A stretch of 64,000 bases of DNA, taken from the sequence record PQ351811; one strand, 5' to 3'. This stretch comes from Shigella phage SSG23. Position 1 is the stretch's first letter; each line of letters opens with the position of its first letter. Made by a program: the position numbers and the translations under genes. Of this stretch, positions 1 to 12,928 are shown in pieces. The notes beneath the pieces were generated by a model. The model searched no databases, was not told the origin of the DNA, and worked only from the letters and a program-made list of their open reading frames with translations.

Positions 1-336
1 ATTTGCGCGTTTGGTTTTTGCAGCACGACGGGCAATTTGACGGCGTTTAGCTTTGCTTAGGCCAGTAGTCATGTAAGCATTACGCTCACGGGTTTTGCGA
101 TCTTTCTTACGTGCAACTTCCCCGCGTGCGTTTACATGTTTAACCATTGCTTCGTTTACGGTGATTCCGTCGATAATAGACAACATTGCTACAGCCAATT
201 CTGGCTCATCTTCGGCGATACCTTCAACGATTTTCAATAGTTCTTCTGACTCAAACATAGCCAACATGTCCAATTTTTCCTGTGCTTCCGGCAGAAAAGT
301 TTCCAAGTCAGCTTTAGGAGTAAAATCTTTAATCAT
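1..336 (-). CDS. prohead core protein, gp68-like (partial; C-terminus beyond window start)
   Basis: Reverse-strand ORF starting at ATG (plus 334-336) with AGGAAG RBS; translation MIKDFTPKADLETFLPEAQEK..., basic C-terminal part; lies after gp67 in T4 order. Confidence 0.4.
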   Translation of the reverse strand, partial: MIKDFTPKADLETFLPEAQEKLDMLAMFESEELLKIVEGIAEDEPELAVAMLSIIDGITVNEAMVKHVNARGEVARKKDRKTRERNAYMTTGLSKAKRRQIARRAAKTKRAN

Positions 337-348
337 GTTGGCTTCCTA

Positions 349-579
349 TTATTCGTCGTCTTCTTTGTCTTTTTTATCGTCTTTGCGATCTTCGTCTTCG
401 TCTTCATCGTCCTCATCATCGCGGTCTTTTTCTTCTTCACCTTCGATCATGACACTGGATGCGATTTCGACACGCTGGGATTCGATGATCTGGGCTTTTT
501 TAGCCTCCATGATCTTATCAAATTCTTTTTCGATCAGCGTTAGATCGCGAGTTTTAATTGCTTCGATAAATTGTTTCAT
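349..579 (-). CDS. prohead core protein gp67-like (acidic tail)
   Basis: 76 aa ORF directly downstream of portal gene; highly acidic C-terminus (DDEDDEDEDEDRKDDKKDKEDDE); T4 synteny 20-67-68. Confidence 0.5.
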   Translation of the reverse strand: MKQFIEAIKTRDLTLIEKEFDKIMEAKKAQIIESQRVEIASSVMIEGEEEKDRDDEDDEDEDEDRKDDKKDKEDDE

Positions 580-2145
580 TTAAAAATCCTCTATTTCATC
601 GGGAGTTTGTTTAAAGCGCGGATCGTTCGCTTCTTCTTCGATCTGTTTCTTCTCGGTGTCCATCTGGTCATCGGTATATTTCAGAATGTCACGCATCACT
701 GTCTGATTGGAGAAATACTTACCAATGTAAGGGGCGATACGTTCGATTAGACCGATTCGACGTTCTAAAATTTCCGCGTCTTTAACTTCTGTATAATAAG
801 AGTCCCGATGGAAAACCACCTTGATATTATTTATTTCACGATCCCAATCGTCTTCCGTAATTACATTTTTAAGGATCAGATTATATTTAAGCGGATCGCG
901 CAATACTTCCGAAAACTGTGATTGCAGAGTTCTAATGAATTTCGAAAATTCCAACTCATCGCGAGTAATTTCTGAACCGTCACCACCAATAACCATATTA
1001 GCATCGGAGAGATTGCTACGTGACAATGGTACACGCAACGCTTCATACAATTTACGGTTAAAGTAGCGAATATCATCGATATCACTCATACCAGATGCAC
1101 CGGGTAAAGTAGTAACATCGGTGATTGCTTTACCATCTCGACGCTGTAACCAGTAGTCCTCTGTCATTGATAGGTTTGCTTGCTGGTTTTTAAGTTTACC
1201 AGTCGATGCATCATAAACAACGCGGTTTTTAAAAGACTGTGCCACTGAGTTCATGTGCTGTGCAGCCTTGCGGTTGTTCATGTTTCCGGTATCAATAAAG
1301 AACACTCGGCGTTCCGGTGCACGAGTGATACGATAAACGACCATTGCGTCTTCCAACAATTTAAGCTGGTTTGCTGGCTTAACAGCCCGATGCAAATAAC
1401 CAATGATATATTTATCATCGCAATCCATCAAGCCGCTGTGAGCGTATGTAATGGCACTACGCGGGATTTTAACGCGACTATTAGGAGAGAATACTTGACC
1501 ACCTGCGCAATAAGAGCTATTGCCTACAGTGTAAATGAAATATTCTTTCGTTGCTTTATAAATTTTACCTTCCGGTGTGTCTTCTGTAATGATCTCGCGA
1601 ACATATTCAAGATTTCGCGGATCAAGCTGGCGTAATTCTACGATACCATCTTTTGGATTTTTACCGATGATCTTATGGAAGAAAATACGCGAATCGACAT
1701 ACCAGCGACGGAACATATCCTGACCGCGCTTATCAAACTGGATAGTGTTTAAAAGATCTTTAAATTCTTCATGAATGCGCTCTTTTACAGATTCACTAAA
1801 GCCAGTCGCCTCAAGATTTAATGAAACAACGTCATGACCGTCCTCAAATACAATCGCATCGTTAACGATATTTTGTACAGCGTTTTCGACTTCATGGTTA
1901 TTCATCAAACCGCGATATGTGTTAACTAATTGCTTAGTTGTACTGATTTTCTGGTCGGTGCTGTAAAATTGCTGGGTAAGAGAGTTCCACGCGCTAGCAG
2001 GTGAATTATCGTTAATTTCTACTTCCGTAGCACCATCATTGTTTTTAGGTGCGGCGATAGACTCTGCTTTATCTTTAATTTGTTCTTCGTATTTGTCGTT
2101 GTCAAAATCAGCCCAACGCGCAAGCATTTTTAATCTACTAAACAT
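580..2145 (-). CDS. gp20: portal vertex protein gp20
   Basis: 521 aa (T4 gp20 is about 524 aa); position between tail tube gene and prohead core genes. Confidence 0.8.
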   Translation of the reverse strand: MFSRLKMLARWADFDNDKYEEQIKDKAESIAAPKNNDGATEVEINDNSPASAWNSLTQQFYSTDQKISTTKQLVNTYRGLMNNHEVENAVQNIVNDAIVFEDGHDVVSLNLEATGFSESVKERIHEEFKDLLNTIQFDKRGQDMFRRWYVDSRIFFHKIIGKNPKDGIVELRQLDPRNLEYVREIITEDTPEGKIYKATKEYFIYTVGNSSYCAGGQVFSPNSRVKIPRSAITYAHSGLMDCDDKYIIGYLHRAVKPANQLKLLEDAMVVYRITRAPERRVFFIDTGNMNNRKAAQHMNSVAQSFKNRVVYDASTGKLKNQQANLSMTEDYWLQRRDGKAITDVTTLPGASGMSDIDDIRYFNRKLYEALRVPLSRSNLSDANMVIGGDGSEITRDELEFSKFIRTLQSQFSEVLRDPLKYNLILKNVITEDDWDREINNIKVVFHRDSYYTEVKDAEILERRIGLIERIAPYIGKYFSNQTVMRDILKYTDDQMDTEKKQIEEEANDPRFKQTPDEIEDF

Positions 2146-2169
2146 TATTCACCTCGAATTGGGAGAAAT

Positions 2170-2190
2170 TAAGCGGGGAACTTCTCCCCG
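2170..2190 (-). terminator. GC-rich hairpin between gp19 and gp20 (attenuator-like)
   Basis: Inverted repeat GCGGGGA-N5-TCCCCGC in the 58 bp intergenic gap; weak U-tract on minus transcript. Confidence 0.3.
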
Positions 2191-2203
2191 CATGATAATA
2201 TAT

Positions 2204-2698
2204 TTATTCTACCCAATCGATAGCAAAAGTAACTTCAAACGTTTCAACTTCGTTGTTTTGTTCCCAATCGAGGGTTACTTCACCAACGTTGGTCGGGAAA
2301 ATACCGTACAATGTTTTTTCGCTAGTTGATTCTGTGTTACGATTAAGTTGACGAACAATAGCTTGTTTCTTATATTGTGCCGGAGTTGCGCCAGTGATCG
2401 CCGATCCAGTGCCATGCGTCTGATCGCTCCATGCAACGATAGCATCACGGATCTTGTGCGCGTCATCGTTGAATACAGTGATGGTCCAGTCGTCGTATAC
2501 ACGGTCGCCAGCGATGTTAATTTTACGGTTTTGATAACCTATAGCGATTTTTTCTACGGTTGCAGCCGGGACAGTTGCCGCTTTACACATCAGCTTAAAG
2601 TTTTGCCCCAGATACGGGATCTCAACTTCAAACAGGTTAGGACGAGCAAAATCGCCAGACTCGAAACCGCGTGTAATATCATTCAAATCGAGTGCCAT
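2204..2698 (-). CDS. gp19: tail tube protein gp19
   Basis: 164 aa (T4 gp19 163 aa); immediately downstream of tail sheath gene. Confidence 0.8.
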   Translation of the reverse strand: MALDLNDITRGFESGDFARPNLFEVEIPYLGQNFKLMCKAATVPAATVEKIAIGYQNRKINIAGDRVYDDWTITVFNDDAHKIRDAIVAWSDQTHGTGSAITGATPAQYKKQAIVRQLNRNTESTSEKTLYGIFPTNVGEVTLDWEQNNEVETFEVTFAIDWVE

Positions 2699-2717
2699 AA
2701 TTGATATTCCTTAATAG

Positions 2718-2738
2718 AGCGGGGATTTTCTCCCCGCT
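2718..2738 (-). terminator. GC-rich hairpin between gp18 and gp19 (attenuator-like)
   Basis: Inverted repeat AGCGGGGA-N5-TCCCCGCT, near-copy of the hairpin at 2170-2190. Confidence 0.3.
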
Positions 2739-2771
2739 TGATTTAACTTTTAATCTATGCTAATTTACTGA

Positions 2772-4766
2772 TTATGCCTGGTTAGCTGGACCGATAATTT
2801 CGTCAAAATCAGCACCAGTTGCAACAGCAGTGAAATTGAGCATGATATAGTTGATCGATTTTGCTGGTTTGATGAACATACTAGCAACAAATTCGTTACG
2901 ATCAATTACATCCGGCGTGTTGTTCGTGGTGTCGCATTGTACTCGGAAGTCATAAATGCCACCCAGAGAGCGAATCGTGCTGAGGTATTGCGAAACCTCC
3001 ATACGGAAGGAAGCGCGAGTAAAGTTATCGTTGTTTTCAAACAGTTTGTATTTGCTTGAATCGCCGATATTCTTTTTCAGCATATTAAACAGACGACGAA
3101 CGTTAATGCGGTCAAACGGGCTAGGAACAGTCGTAGCGGTTTTATCACCCATCAGGATAAACCCTTCACCGCCAGCACCGATTACCGGGTTAATTGCGGC
3201 TTGATACAGACGATCACGGTGCGCCTTGCGAGGCTCAATTGCCAGCTTAACCACGTTCATGATCTGACCACGGTTATAACCTGCCGGACTCATCCACGGC
3301 TGCGATACAGCATCAGTACGAGCACACAAACCAGCGATATCAGCAGCCAACGGAATCCAACGGTTTACATCGTTATATTTGTCATACTGATATTTGTAGT
3401 TACCATCAATAACCGCGTAAGTGGTATTAATGTTCATGTTGTTTTCATTATAGTTTCCTGAACCTTCGCGCCATGCAATCAGGTTATCAATTGCAGTAGT
3501 CACCGGAATATTAACAACAGTGCTACGCGGCGGAGAAACCATTACTAAGCAATCCTGACGCTCATCACCGATAGAAACAGCATGTTTCTGTACGGTAGAG
3601 AATGCATCACCTTCACCAGCACATGCACCAGCGATCAGAAGGTTTACGTGAATAGATTCACGTTCAGCAAACAGATCCCAGCCTTGCATCATCGCACTAA
3701 CAAACGGATCAGCACCAACACCAGCGGTTGCTTCGTTGGCAGAAACACCACCAGCAAGAGAAATAATGCCACTGAAACCATCTACCCAACCCTGAGCGGT
3801 TGCATAAATGTACTGGCTAGCACCACGAGCAAAGAAGTCGTCCATATAGATAGAATTGCCGTAGACGTCTTTATCTCCTTTCAGAGTAGACAGTACATAG
3901 GATTCTACCACAACACCATCGCGACGAACAATAAACGCATATTGATTATCATTCTGCGGCGCATATGGAATCAGGTTGCGTGCTGCGGTGCGCTCGCCAC
4001 CATAAGGATACATGGTCAGATCCGGTGCAGTATTCTTAAACGCACTACGTGCCAGAATTTCAACTTCCAGCGAGTTGCCAATCTCACCAGCATAGATCGC
4101 GCTTACAGCTGGCATATCATACTTCTTGAGTTTAGTCAAGAAAGTTTGATTCGTGATATTGGCGCGGGAAGTTTCCATGTCAGTTAACAGAAGACCGGAG
4201 TCGACCACAATTCCAGATACAGTGATCGATGCACCTGAGTTACCGCTATCAGAAATGATTTCTACAGTGTATCCTTCCAGTTTTGGATATGCCCCGATTG
4301 TTTTTGCGTGTGCAATCAGCTTACCAGTTGGAATAAAAATACCTTTGATCTTACCTTCCGACGAAATTTTTGTAACCTTTCCGCCAGTTTCAATTTCAGA
4401 ACTTTTGTATTTTACTTTAATTGTATCGCCAACCTTATAGTTTGAACCTTCGTTTGTGATTTCAAACTCGACGTTACCAGCTAGGGTAGTTGCGTTTTTT
4501 GCTTTTTCTTTATTCAGTACACGAACAACACGCAGGTCATTACCGTACTGGAGGAAGTTAGCCCCGCTCATGAAATAGTCTGCGGTGTTATTATCCGGCT
4601 GACCAAATTTATTAACTAATTCAACTTCATTAGTTACTTGAATAATCTGGAAAGCTGGACCCCATTGGAATTTACCTACCAGTGCCGCGCGACCAGTCGC
4701 AGATTGCACAATGGTAGTGGAGAGAGTAGTTTCTTTCGTTTCGAAACCCGGTGATAATAGAGTCAT
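2772..4766 (-). CDS. gp18: tail sheath protein gp18
   Basis: 664 aa (T4 gp18 659 aa); position between terminase and tail tube genes. Confidence 0.85.
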   Translation of the reverse strand: MTLLSPGFETKETTLSTTIVQSATGRAALVGKFQWGPAFQIIQVTNEVELVNKFGQPDNNTADYFMSGANFLQYGNDLRVVRVLNKEKAKNATTLAGNVEFEITNEGSNYKVGDTIKVKYKSSEIETGGKVTKISSEGKIKGIFIPTGKLIAHAKTIGAYPKLEGYTVEIISDSGNSGASITVSGIVVDSGLLLTDMETSRANITNQTFLTKLKKYDMPAVSAIYAGEIGNSLEVEILARSAFKNTAPDLTMYPYGGERTAARNLIPYAPQNDNQYAFIVRRDGVVVESYVLSTLKGDKDVYGNSIYMDDFFARGASQYIYATAQGWVDGFSGIISLAGGVSANEATAGVGADPFVSAMMQGWDLFAERESIHVNLLIAGACAGEGDAFSTVQKHAVSIGDERQDCLVMVSPPRSTVVNIPVTTAIDNLIAWREGSGNYNENNMNINTTYAVIDGNYKYQYDKYNDVNRWIPLAADIAGLCARTDAVSQPWMSPAGYNRGQIMNVVKLAIEPRKAHRDRLYQAAINPVIGAGGEGFILMGDKTATTVPSPFDRINVRRLFNMLKKNIGDSSKYKLFENNDNFTRASFRMEVSQYLSTIRSLGGIYDFRVQCDTTNNTPDVIDRNEFVASMFIKPAKSINYIMLNFTAVATGADFDEIIGPANQA

Positions 4767-4797
4767 TAGAATTTCCTCATCTTTTTATGCATTATCG

Positions 4798-7118
<2,321 letters not shown>

Positions 7119-7131
7119 GATAAATTACCTC

Positions 7132-7995
7132 TTAAAATTCTTTTACAATACGTGGACCCGGTGGAGTCGGTGCAACTGGTACAGGAATATCACTAGAATA
7201 TGATTCTTTGATTGTTCCGTCCCATTCTTCTTGCTCAACATCACGTTTAACGACCTCATGATCCACGGATTCAAAATTGCCACTAGGATTTAATTCACGA
7301 GAATTAGCATGAAAATCAAGATAAATCGTTCTAATTTCCCCCTTAACGTCGGTAGCTGGAGGATAGATAAACCCGATAAATTCAAACATAATGGTCCATT
7401 CAAGACGGCGACGAGAAAACTTATCTTCGCCTACCTGTTCATCTGGAGTAATAGAACTAATCGTGACCTGAATATCTCGATCAATCCATACATCATTACC
7501 GTGTAGTTCTTTAATCTTACAGTTAAAATGAGGCTGGAAGTAAGGAAGAATCTGCTCAATTATCTGAAACATATCATCCTCGTTACGCGTATAAATCCCC
7601 AACTCGAAAGTAAACTTATATGGTACAGGATTATATTGTGTTACGCTCCTGATTCCATCAGCCGTATATTTTGGTGCTGTCTTATTTGCGATATTGGTTT
7701 TAAAGTTCTGGGCGTATGTCATATCAATCAAAGAAAGACACATGCGCGGTAAAATAGTTTCTACCTTTGCTACGTCTTCCTCACTTGAGATATTGTTATA
7801 TTTGTCCAGACTCATCATGAATTTTTCTTTCTTTGCGTAGGTGATAGGAACTTTAATAAAACGCTCACCGTCACTACGCACCCTTTTAATTTGTACGCCG
7901 GAGAATAAATTACCCAGCAATACAATATACCGTCTAATTGACGAATTATAGTGCCAACCGAACATTTGACCCCCTTGTTTATGAGTATTTATCAA
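7132..7995 (-). CDS. gp15: tail sheath stabilizer / tail completion protein gp15
   Basis: 287 aa at gp15 position in T4 order 13-14-15-16. Confidence 0.65.
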   Translation of the reverse strand: MINTHKQGGQMFGWHYNSSIRRYIVLLGNLFSGVQIKRVRSDGERFIKVPITYAKKEKFMMSLDKYNNISSEEDVAKVETILPRMCLSLIDMTYAQNFKTNIANKTAPKYTADGIRSVTQYNPVPYKFTFELGIYTRNEDDMFQIIEQILPYFQPHFNCKIKELHGNDVWIDRDIQVTISSITPDEQVGEDKFSRRRLEWTIMFEFIGFIYPPATDVKGEIRTIYLDFHANSRELNPSGNFESVDHEVVKRDVEQEEWDGTIKESYSSDIPVPVAPTPPGPRIVKEF

Positions 7996-8732
7996 AAATC
8001 GGCGAAAGGTGAACCCTTGCCATTAATAGGATCAAATGGGTCAATAAAATCTTGTCCTTCGCTTCTGAATTGCTTATCTTCTTTGTACTGATCTAAGTTG
8101 ATATCTGTTAACCCGTCCAGATTAGTGATCGGTGCAAGATCCAGATCCGCGAACTCATCAACATTAATTCCCTCATTGCGTTGTAATTCTGGTCGCAATT
8201 CCTCACCGCTATACACGAATTTCTCTGCAATAATTTTACGCATGGCATTTTTTCCAGCCTGAAAAAACGGCTGATATGGCTCGACGTAATTTATTTCAAA
8301 GAGATCATTACTCATTGGAATATAAATCAAGTCACCTGATTTTGGCTCTTGATCATCTACTTGATGCTTGAATAGGTTGGGGTTAACCGTAAAAGTTAGT
8401 TCATCATTGGCTTGATAACCGAAACTAGAGAAGAAATTACCCGCTCCTTCATACCCATCAAATGAGTTAATATAAGCCGCAAATTTCCATGCTTTAGTAA
8501 ATTTGCTTTGAACATCCTCGCCAAAGATCATGTCTGGTTTGACAAATTCACGAGGGATGTAATATAATTCTACACCTCGCATCTGAATAGCTTCGGCGAC
8601 CATAACGTCGGCTAACGTCTGAGTATTTGTATATTTGTGAAAGTTCACATAAGGATTAAGAATCTCTGTTTGTCGTGTATTCTCATAATCCTTTTGCGAT
8701 TCAAGTCGAGCAAAAAGAGTGTTGTTAAACAT
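7992..8732 (-). CDS. gp14: neck protein gp14
   Basis: 246 aa at gp14 position. Confidence 0.65.
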   Translation of the reverse strand: MFNNTLFARLESQKDYENTRQTEILNPYVNFHKYTNTQTLADVMVAEAIQMRGVELYYIPREFVKPDMIFGEDVQSKFTKAWKFAAYINSFDGYEGAGNFFSSFGYQANDELTFTVNPNLFKHQVDDQEPKSGDLIYIPMSNDLFEINYVEPYQPFFQAGKNAMRKIIAEKFVYSGEELRPELQRNEGINVDEFADLDLAPITNLDGLTDINLDQYKEDKQFRSEGQDFIDPFDPINGKGSPFADF

Positions 8733-8768
8733 ATGTTACTCCAAATGGGGGAATACTCCCCCAATAAA

Positions 8769-9701
8769 TCAAATCATGAGGATGCCGAACGGAGGATCTA
8801 ATAATTCTAGTTCTTGTCGCAATTTCTCAATATCGGCGCGTGCTTCTTCAATGATTCGGATACCATCCACGGTAACACCGCCGGGCAATTGCAGACCTTG
8901 ATGTTTAGCCATGATGGACCCCCACACTTCCTTAGTGAAAGCGGTTGCCATGTCTTTAACCCAGCGGTTATTATATGCGCCCTGCCTGTTCTCGCTGATC
9001 GGTCCCATGCCAGCAACAATCCCGCTTAAACCAGCAGTAGGATTATCATAAACGGCGCTAATCCCGCCAGCGGTAGAACACCCTCCTGCATGAGCATAAC
9101 CAGCAACCGCCCCCATCATGTCCGGTACATCAACATAACTTTTAACATACAATTCAACAACAATGAGATCTCCTTCTCGGAAGTTTCCTGTGATCTTAAG
9201 TTGTCCATTTGCGCTATTATACCAATAATCTGGCAGCGGATTGAGCATATTTTGCATAGTGGCTCGATAGCTCATAAGCTGTTCGAAATATCCCAGATCA
9301 CCGCCCATTGCATTTGGACCATAAAATTTACTACAGCCAGATCCTAAACCGCCATTTACACCCGCTAAACCCAACAGAAAGTCGGTAAACCACGGATAAA
9401 CGGCAGTACCATCCATCGTAGCCGCGCTACCTACGTTTGTTCGAATTATTTTAGTTACTGCGAATACTCCAGAATCGCTTAAATCAAATACCCCGTGTTG
9501 TGCTTGCTCTGCACTAACACGAAATACTTTATATCCTTTATTCACACCATCGAAATGATATTCCCCATAGAGTTCTAGTGCTCTCTGAATACAATCGTAA
9601 ATCTGGTCTTCTGTGACTTCGACGTTAATCACTGGTGCGCCTAAACGACGCAGAATAGCGTCTTTTAATTCTCTTGGGTTATTGGTTACATATCCTGACA
9701 T
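8769..9701 (-). CDS. gp13: neck protein gp13
   Basis: 310 aa (T4 gp13 309 aa) at gp13 position. Confidence 0.7.
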   Translation of the reverse strand: MSGYVTNNPRELKDAILRRLGAPVINVEVTEDQIYDCIQRALELYGEYHFDGVNKGYKVFRVSAEQAQHGVFDLSDSGVFAVTKIIRTNVGSAATMDGTAVYPWFTDFLLGLAGVNGGLGSGCSKFYGPNAMGGDLGYFEQLMSYRATMQNMLNPLPDYWYNSANGQLKITGNFREGDLIVVELYVKSYVDVPDMMGAVAGYAHAGGCSTAGGISAVYDNPTAGLSGIVAGMGPISENRQGAYNNRWVKDMATAFTKEVWGSIMAKHQGLQLPGGVTVDGIRIIEEARADIEKLRQELELLDPPFGILMI

Positions 9702-9710
9702 AATATCACC

Positions 9711-9745
9711 TATAAACGAAAAAGGGGCTTAACGCCCCTTTAATT
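9711..9745 (-). terminator. rho-independent terminator after fibritin gene
   Basis: Minus-strand RNA hairpin AAAGGGGCGTTAAGCCCCTTT followed by TTTCGTTTAT. Confidence 0.6.
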
Positions 9746-9747
9746 TC

Positions 9748-11517
9748 TTATACCGGAGAAATCCCAAAGAGGAACTCTTTAATTTGTACTGGCTGTGCTA
9801 CTGCTTCGGCAGATACACCCTTAATACGGATGTTAATCTGATCGCCCTTTTCAATATTTAGGAAAGCACTGGTAGAATAGCTGATCAATTCGTCTGTGCC
9901 GTAATGACCATTTTTCGCTTCATATACCATCTGTCCATTTTTGAAAATCGCAACAATGAATGTTGCATTATGTTGAGCGTGTACAGCGCAACGGAATACA
10001 CAACGGAATAAACCCTTGTCCTGAACGGTAACAACAGATTCACTTTTCACCATTTGACGCACATTAACTTCCGACGCCATGTCGTTAAGCGGAATCGGTT
10101 TATAAACATCCTGTTCGTTAAGTTCAACCGTAATGTCTGCGGTATTTTTAAATGCTCCAGCAGCATATGCAACTTGCACCCATTCGCCGTGCTTACGCAG
10201 ATAATGAAAACCGTCATCAGGAACATCATCTACTTTGTTTTCGTTAGATGTTTGTAACTCTTTGACGATTTTAATCACGCCTTTCTGAGTAAATGGATCA
10301 TCTGAACCATCATCACCATAGATATCACTTGACAGTTTAATAACGCCAGCGGTCAAACCTGATTCGCGATCACCTACAAGCTGTTCCATGTCCTGTACGC
10401 TTGCTTCTAACCGACCCTGAGTGTTTTCTACAACTTTAAGACGTCCGGCTAGAGTATGTCGATCTCTGTCAGTACCAATCTCATTGGAAAGTCGAGCAAC
10501 TTCACCGCGCAAACCGTCAGCACCGCTTACGCCAACAACCTGTTTAAGATCTAAAAATTCTCGCTCTGTGTTGGTTAATCGATAATCAAGGCTTCCCGCC
10601 GATTGAGGCGTTCCGATCTTGTTTTCAACTGCCAGAAGACGAGGACGAATACCAGAATCTACACCATTAACATCATCGTTTAGACGTTCATAATTAGTGC
10701 CTAGCGTAGTGACTTTAGTCCCGATATCAGGGATTGAATCAAACAAAATTGCTTTCTTGACTTCTAGAACTTCATTTGATAAGTTAGCAATGTTTCTTGC
10801 GTTGGTGCGGAGACGAACATACACATTTTCTTGTGTTGCAAGAGATGTGTCGCCGATCTCGCTGCGCATTTTGTTAACTTGTTTTGTTAACTCGCCTACG
10901 TCAGAATCTTGCCAGTCGTTTTCTAGCTGAACGATTCGGCGACCGTGGTCATTTAATGCTGCGGTATTCTGGATAACTCGGTATTTGATGCCGGAACCGG
11001 AATTACCCGCATCAGGAGAACCATTAATATTGAAGTTAGGATAAGAACCCATTTCTTGTTTGATGAAAGAAATATCATCATAGATTGTTCTTGTGCTCGG
11101 ATCGGCAGCGGGGCGATCACCAATCTTGATGTTAAGTTCTGATACAGCGTCTACCGTTGTTTGCAGCGTTTTTGCTGTTTCTCCTAAGTTCTCTTCGACG
11201 GATTCAACTTTTGCGACAGTCTGGTTAACCACATCAATGATACTTCCGTCAGAAATTGCCCCTAAAGTTGTTTTAATATCGTTAACCGCCGTTACAACTT
11301 CGTTAACTTTAGCGACGGTTGATTTTGCGTTTTCGTTTACGCGTGCAACGTTTTCTTGAATTGCAACCGGGGCGCGGTTAAGCGTCCCGTCATTGCCAGT
11401 CTGTGTCGTTGCTGCGCTTAAACATTCGCCATTCTTGATCCAATTAATCCGGTGCTGTCCTTCGCCTGGTACACCGTCAACATTTGGGATCTCGTGGATG
11501 TTTAATTGTTCAATCAT
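9748..11517 (-). CDS. wac: fibritin (wac) with extra C-terminal domain after a foldon-like motif
   Basis: 589 aa between gp13 and gp12; coiled-coil-like body; internal DGFHYLRKHGEWVQV resembles T4 foldon; about 130 further residues follow. Confidence 0.65.
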   Translation of the reverse strand: MIEQLNIHEIPNVDGVPGEGQHRINWIKNGECLSAATTQTGNDGTLNRAPVAIQENVARVNENAKSTVAKVNEVVTAVNDIKTTLGAISDGSIIDVVNQTVAKVESVEENLGETAKTLQTTVDAVSELNIKIGDRPAADPSTRTIYDDISFIKQEMGSYPNFNINGSPDAGNSGSGIKYRVIQNTAALNDHGRRIVQLENDWQDSDVGELTKQVNKMRSEIGDTSLATQENVYVRLRTNARNIANLSNEVLEVKKAILFDSIPDIGTKVTTLGTNYERLNDDVNGVDSGIRPRLLAVENKIGTPQSAGSLDYRLTNTEREFLDLKQVVGVSGADGLRGEVARLSNEIGTDRDRHTLAGRLKVVENTQGRLEASVQDMEQLVGDRESGLTAGVIKLSSDIYGDDGSDDPFTQKGVIKIVKELQTSNENKVDDVPDDGFHYLRKHGEWVQVAYAAGAFKNTADITVELNEQDVYKPIPLNDMASEVNVRQMVKSESVVTVQDKGLFRCVFRCAVHAQHNATFIVAIFKNGQMVYEAKNGHYGTDELISYSTSAFLNIEKGDQINIRIKGVSAEAVAQPVQIKEFLFGISPV

Positions 11518-12917
11518 TAGCGCACCCTTATGATATAGTTTAATGCCAGACTCTTGACGCGAGTCTCGTTAGCCGTTCTTACGGATCTTCCTGAGTCAAA
11601 GTTAACAGTAGAACCCCAATCATCCCCCTTACCGTTTTTATAGTTCGTGCTCCATTGACCGCGCTGTGCAGTAAATGCGCCACCATACCAACCGCGCCAG
11701 CGGTCAGCTACAGGGAATTTACCAGTAATTCTCTGCATTGCGTCTTCTTGATAAGAACCAAATCGACGGCCTGGATCAAAGTTTCGTCCATGATCGCAAC
11801 CACGAGCAACTAAACCGCGCATATCAGGAAGGTTAAAATTGTTACCTGACCCACCAAAGGTATAACCAATCGCAGAAAATAATTGCGGATATTGATTTTT
11901 ATTCAGTGAACGACCATTACAGATCAGAAAGTCGCCTCGATCAGCATTGAATCCAGAAAGGATAATACCACCAATTGGCATTGCGTGACTCGCTAATTCA
12001 TTTTTAGTAACAAACTGGTTGCCGTCTGAGTTAGAACCTTTATAGACGTTTCCGCTTACCGTACCGCCAGTGCTAGGAAGAACCTTAGCATTTGCTGATA
12101 GTGCAGCGTTAGCCTCACTTCCTACGGTGTCTCGTAGTTTAACAATACCGTATTGAGACGTTGTTGCCTTAGTGCTTGCAAACTTCTTAGCAGAAACAAC
12201 TACAGTATCATCAGAACCAGCATTCATCTGTGACTGGTTGGCGATCTTAACAGTACCCGCCTGATTCTCATTGGCGCGAGCATTTGCAAATGCATAAGGG
12301 CTAATTGCAAAACCTTCTCGAATCTGGCCTTGTAAAACTTGCGCATTGGTTGCTAACTGAACTAAACCTTGTGCGCTTTCGGTTGCTGTGTTTTGCTCTG
12401 GAATTAATCCCGGTACAATCTGTGCAATGGCAGTGTGCATCTTTTTCGGTGTTACTGCCATTGTGTCATCACTGCCAATCTTTGCTGCCTCAAGAGAACA
12501 TATCTTAATAGTCCCCTGAACGCTCTCTGACGCCTTTTTAGTGGTGAAGTAATGGTTTAGTGTGTCTGGACCGATTGCCATGTTCTCGTTGCTCTCTTGC
12601 AGCGATTCTTCCATCGTGGCAAATCGGGTGATGCCCTTTACTTCTTTTGTAGCATCTGGGCGTGACATTTTAACAGCCAGTGTTTTTGGAGTCACGATCT
12701 TATTATCTACAGTACCGTCGTTTACTTCTTCCTGAGTTGCGATTGCAGCGATCCCGGCTGTATCTTCCGTAGCGTCCGGTAATCCATTTACAGCAAAGCC
12801 GTTAATAGCGGCTAAAGCCGCTTGTACGTTGGTAATGCTTTGAGGCCAATCATTTACAGGGTTAAACTTGACGTATTGAGCATCGTCTTTTACGTGGTTA
12901 ATAGTATTGTTTGCCAT
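11517..12917 (-). CDS. gp12: short tail fiber protein gp12
   Basis: 466 aa; C-terminal tail-collar-like motif YPQLFSAIGYTFGGSGNNFNLPDMRGLVARG; position between gp11 and wac. Confidence 0.75.
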   Translation of the reverse strand: MANNTINHVKDDAQYVKFNPVNDWPQSITNVQAALAAINGFAVNGLPDATEDTAGIAAIATQEEVNDGTVDNKIVTPKTLAVKMSRPDATKEVKGITRFATMEESLQESNENMAIGPDTLNHYFTTKKASESVQGTIKICSLEAAKIGSDDTMAVTPKKMHTAIAQIVPGLIPEQNTATESAQGLVQLATNAQVLQGQIREGFAISPYAFANARANENQAGTVKIANQSQMNAGSDDTVVVSAKKFASTKATTSQYGIVKLRDTVGSEANAALSANAKVLPSTGGTVSGNVYKGSNSDGNQFVTKNELASHAMPIGGIILSGFNADRGDFLICNGRSLNKNQYPQLFSAIGYTFGGSGNNFNLPDMRGLVARGCDHGRNFDPGRRFGSYQEDAMQRITGKFPVADRWRGWYGGAFTAQRGQWSTNYKNGKGDDWGSTVNFDSGRSVRTANETRVKSLALNYIIRVR

Positions 12918-12928
12918 TATACATCACC

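Noticed and set aside
95-583. 162 aa plus-strand ORF with extreme Ser-rich low complexity
   Set aside because: Antisense to the gp68/gp67 prohead core genes; its Ser runs are the reverse-complement reading of their acidic GAA/GAT codon repeats.
3582-4440. Plus-strand ORFs of 201 and 95 aa inside gp18, and similar internal ORFs throughout 600-27000
   Set aside because: All lie antisense within long, well-supported minus-strand structural genes arranged in T4 order; treated as frame artefacts.
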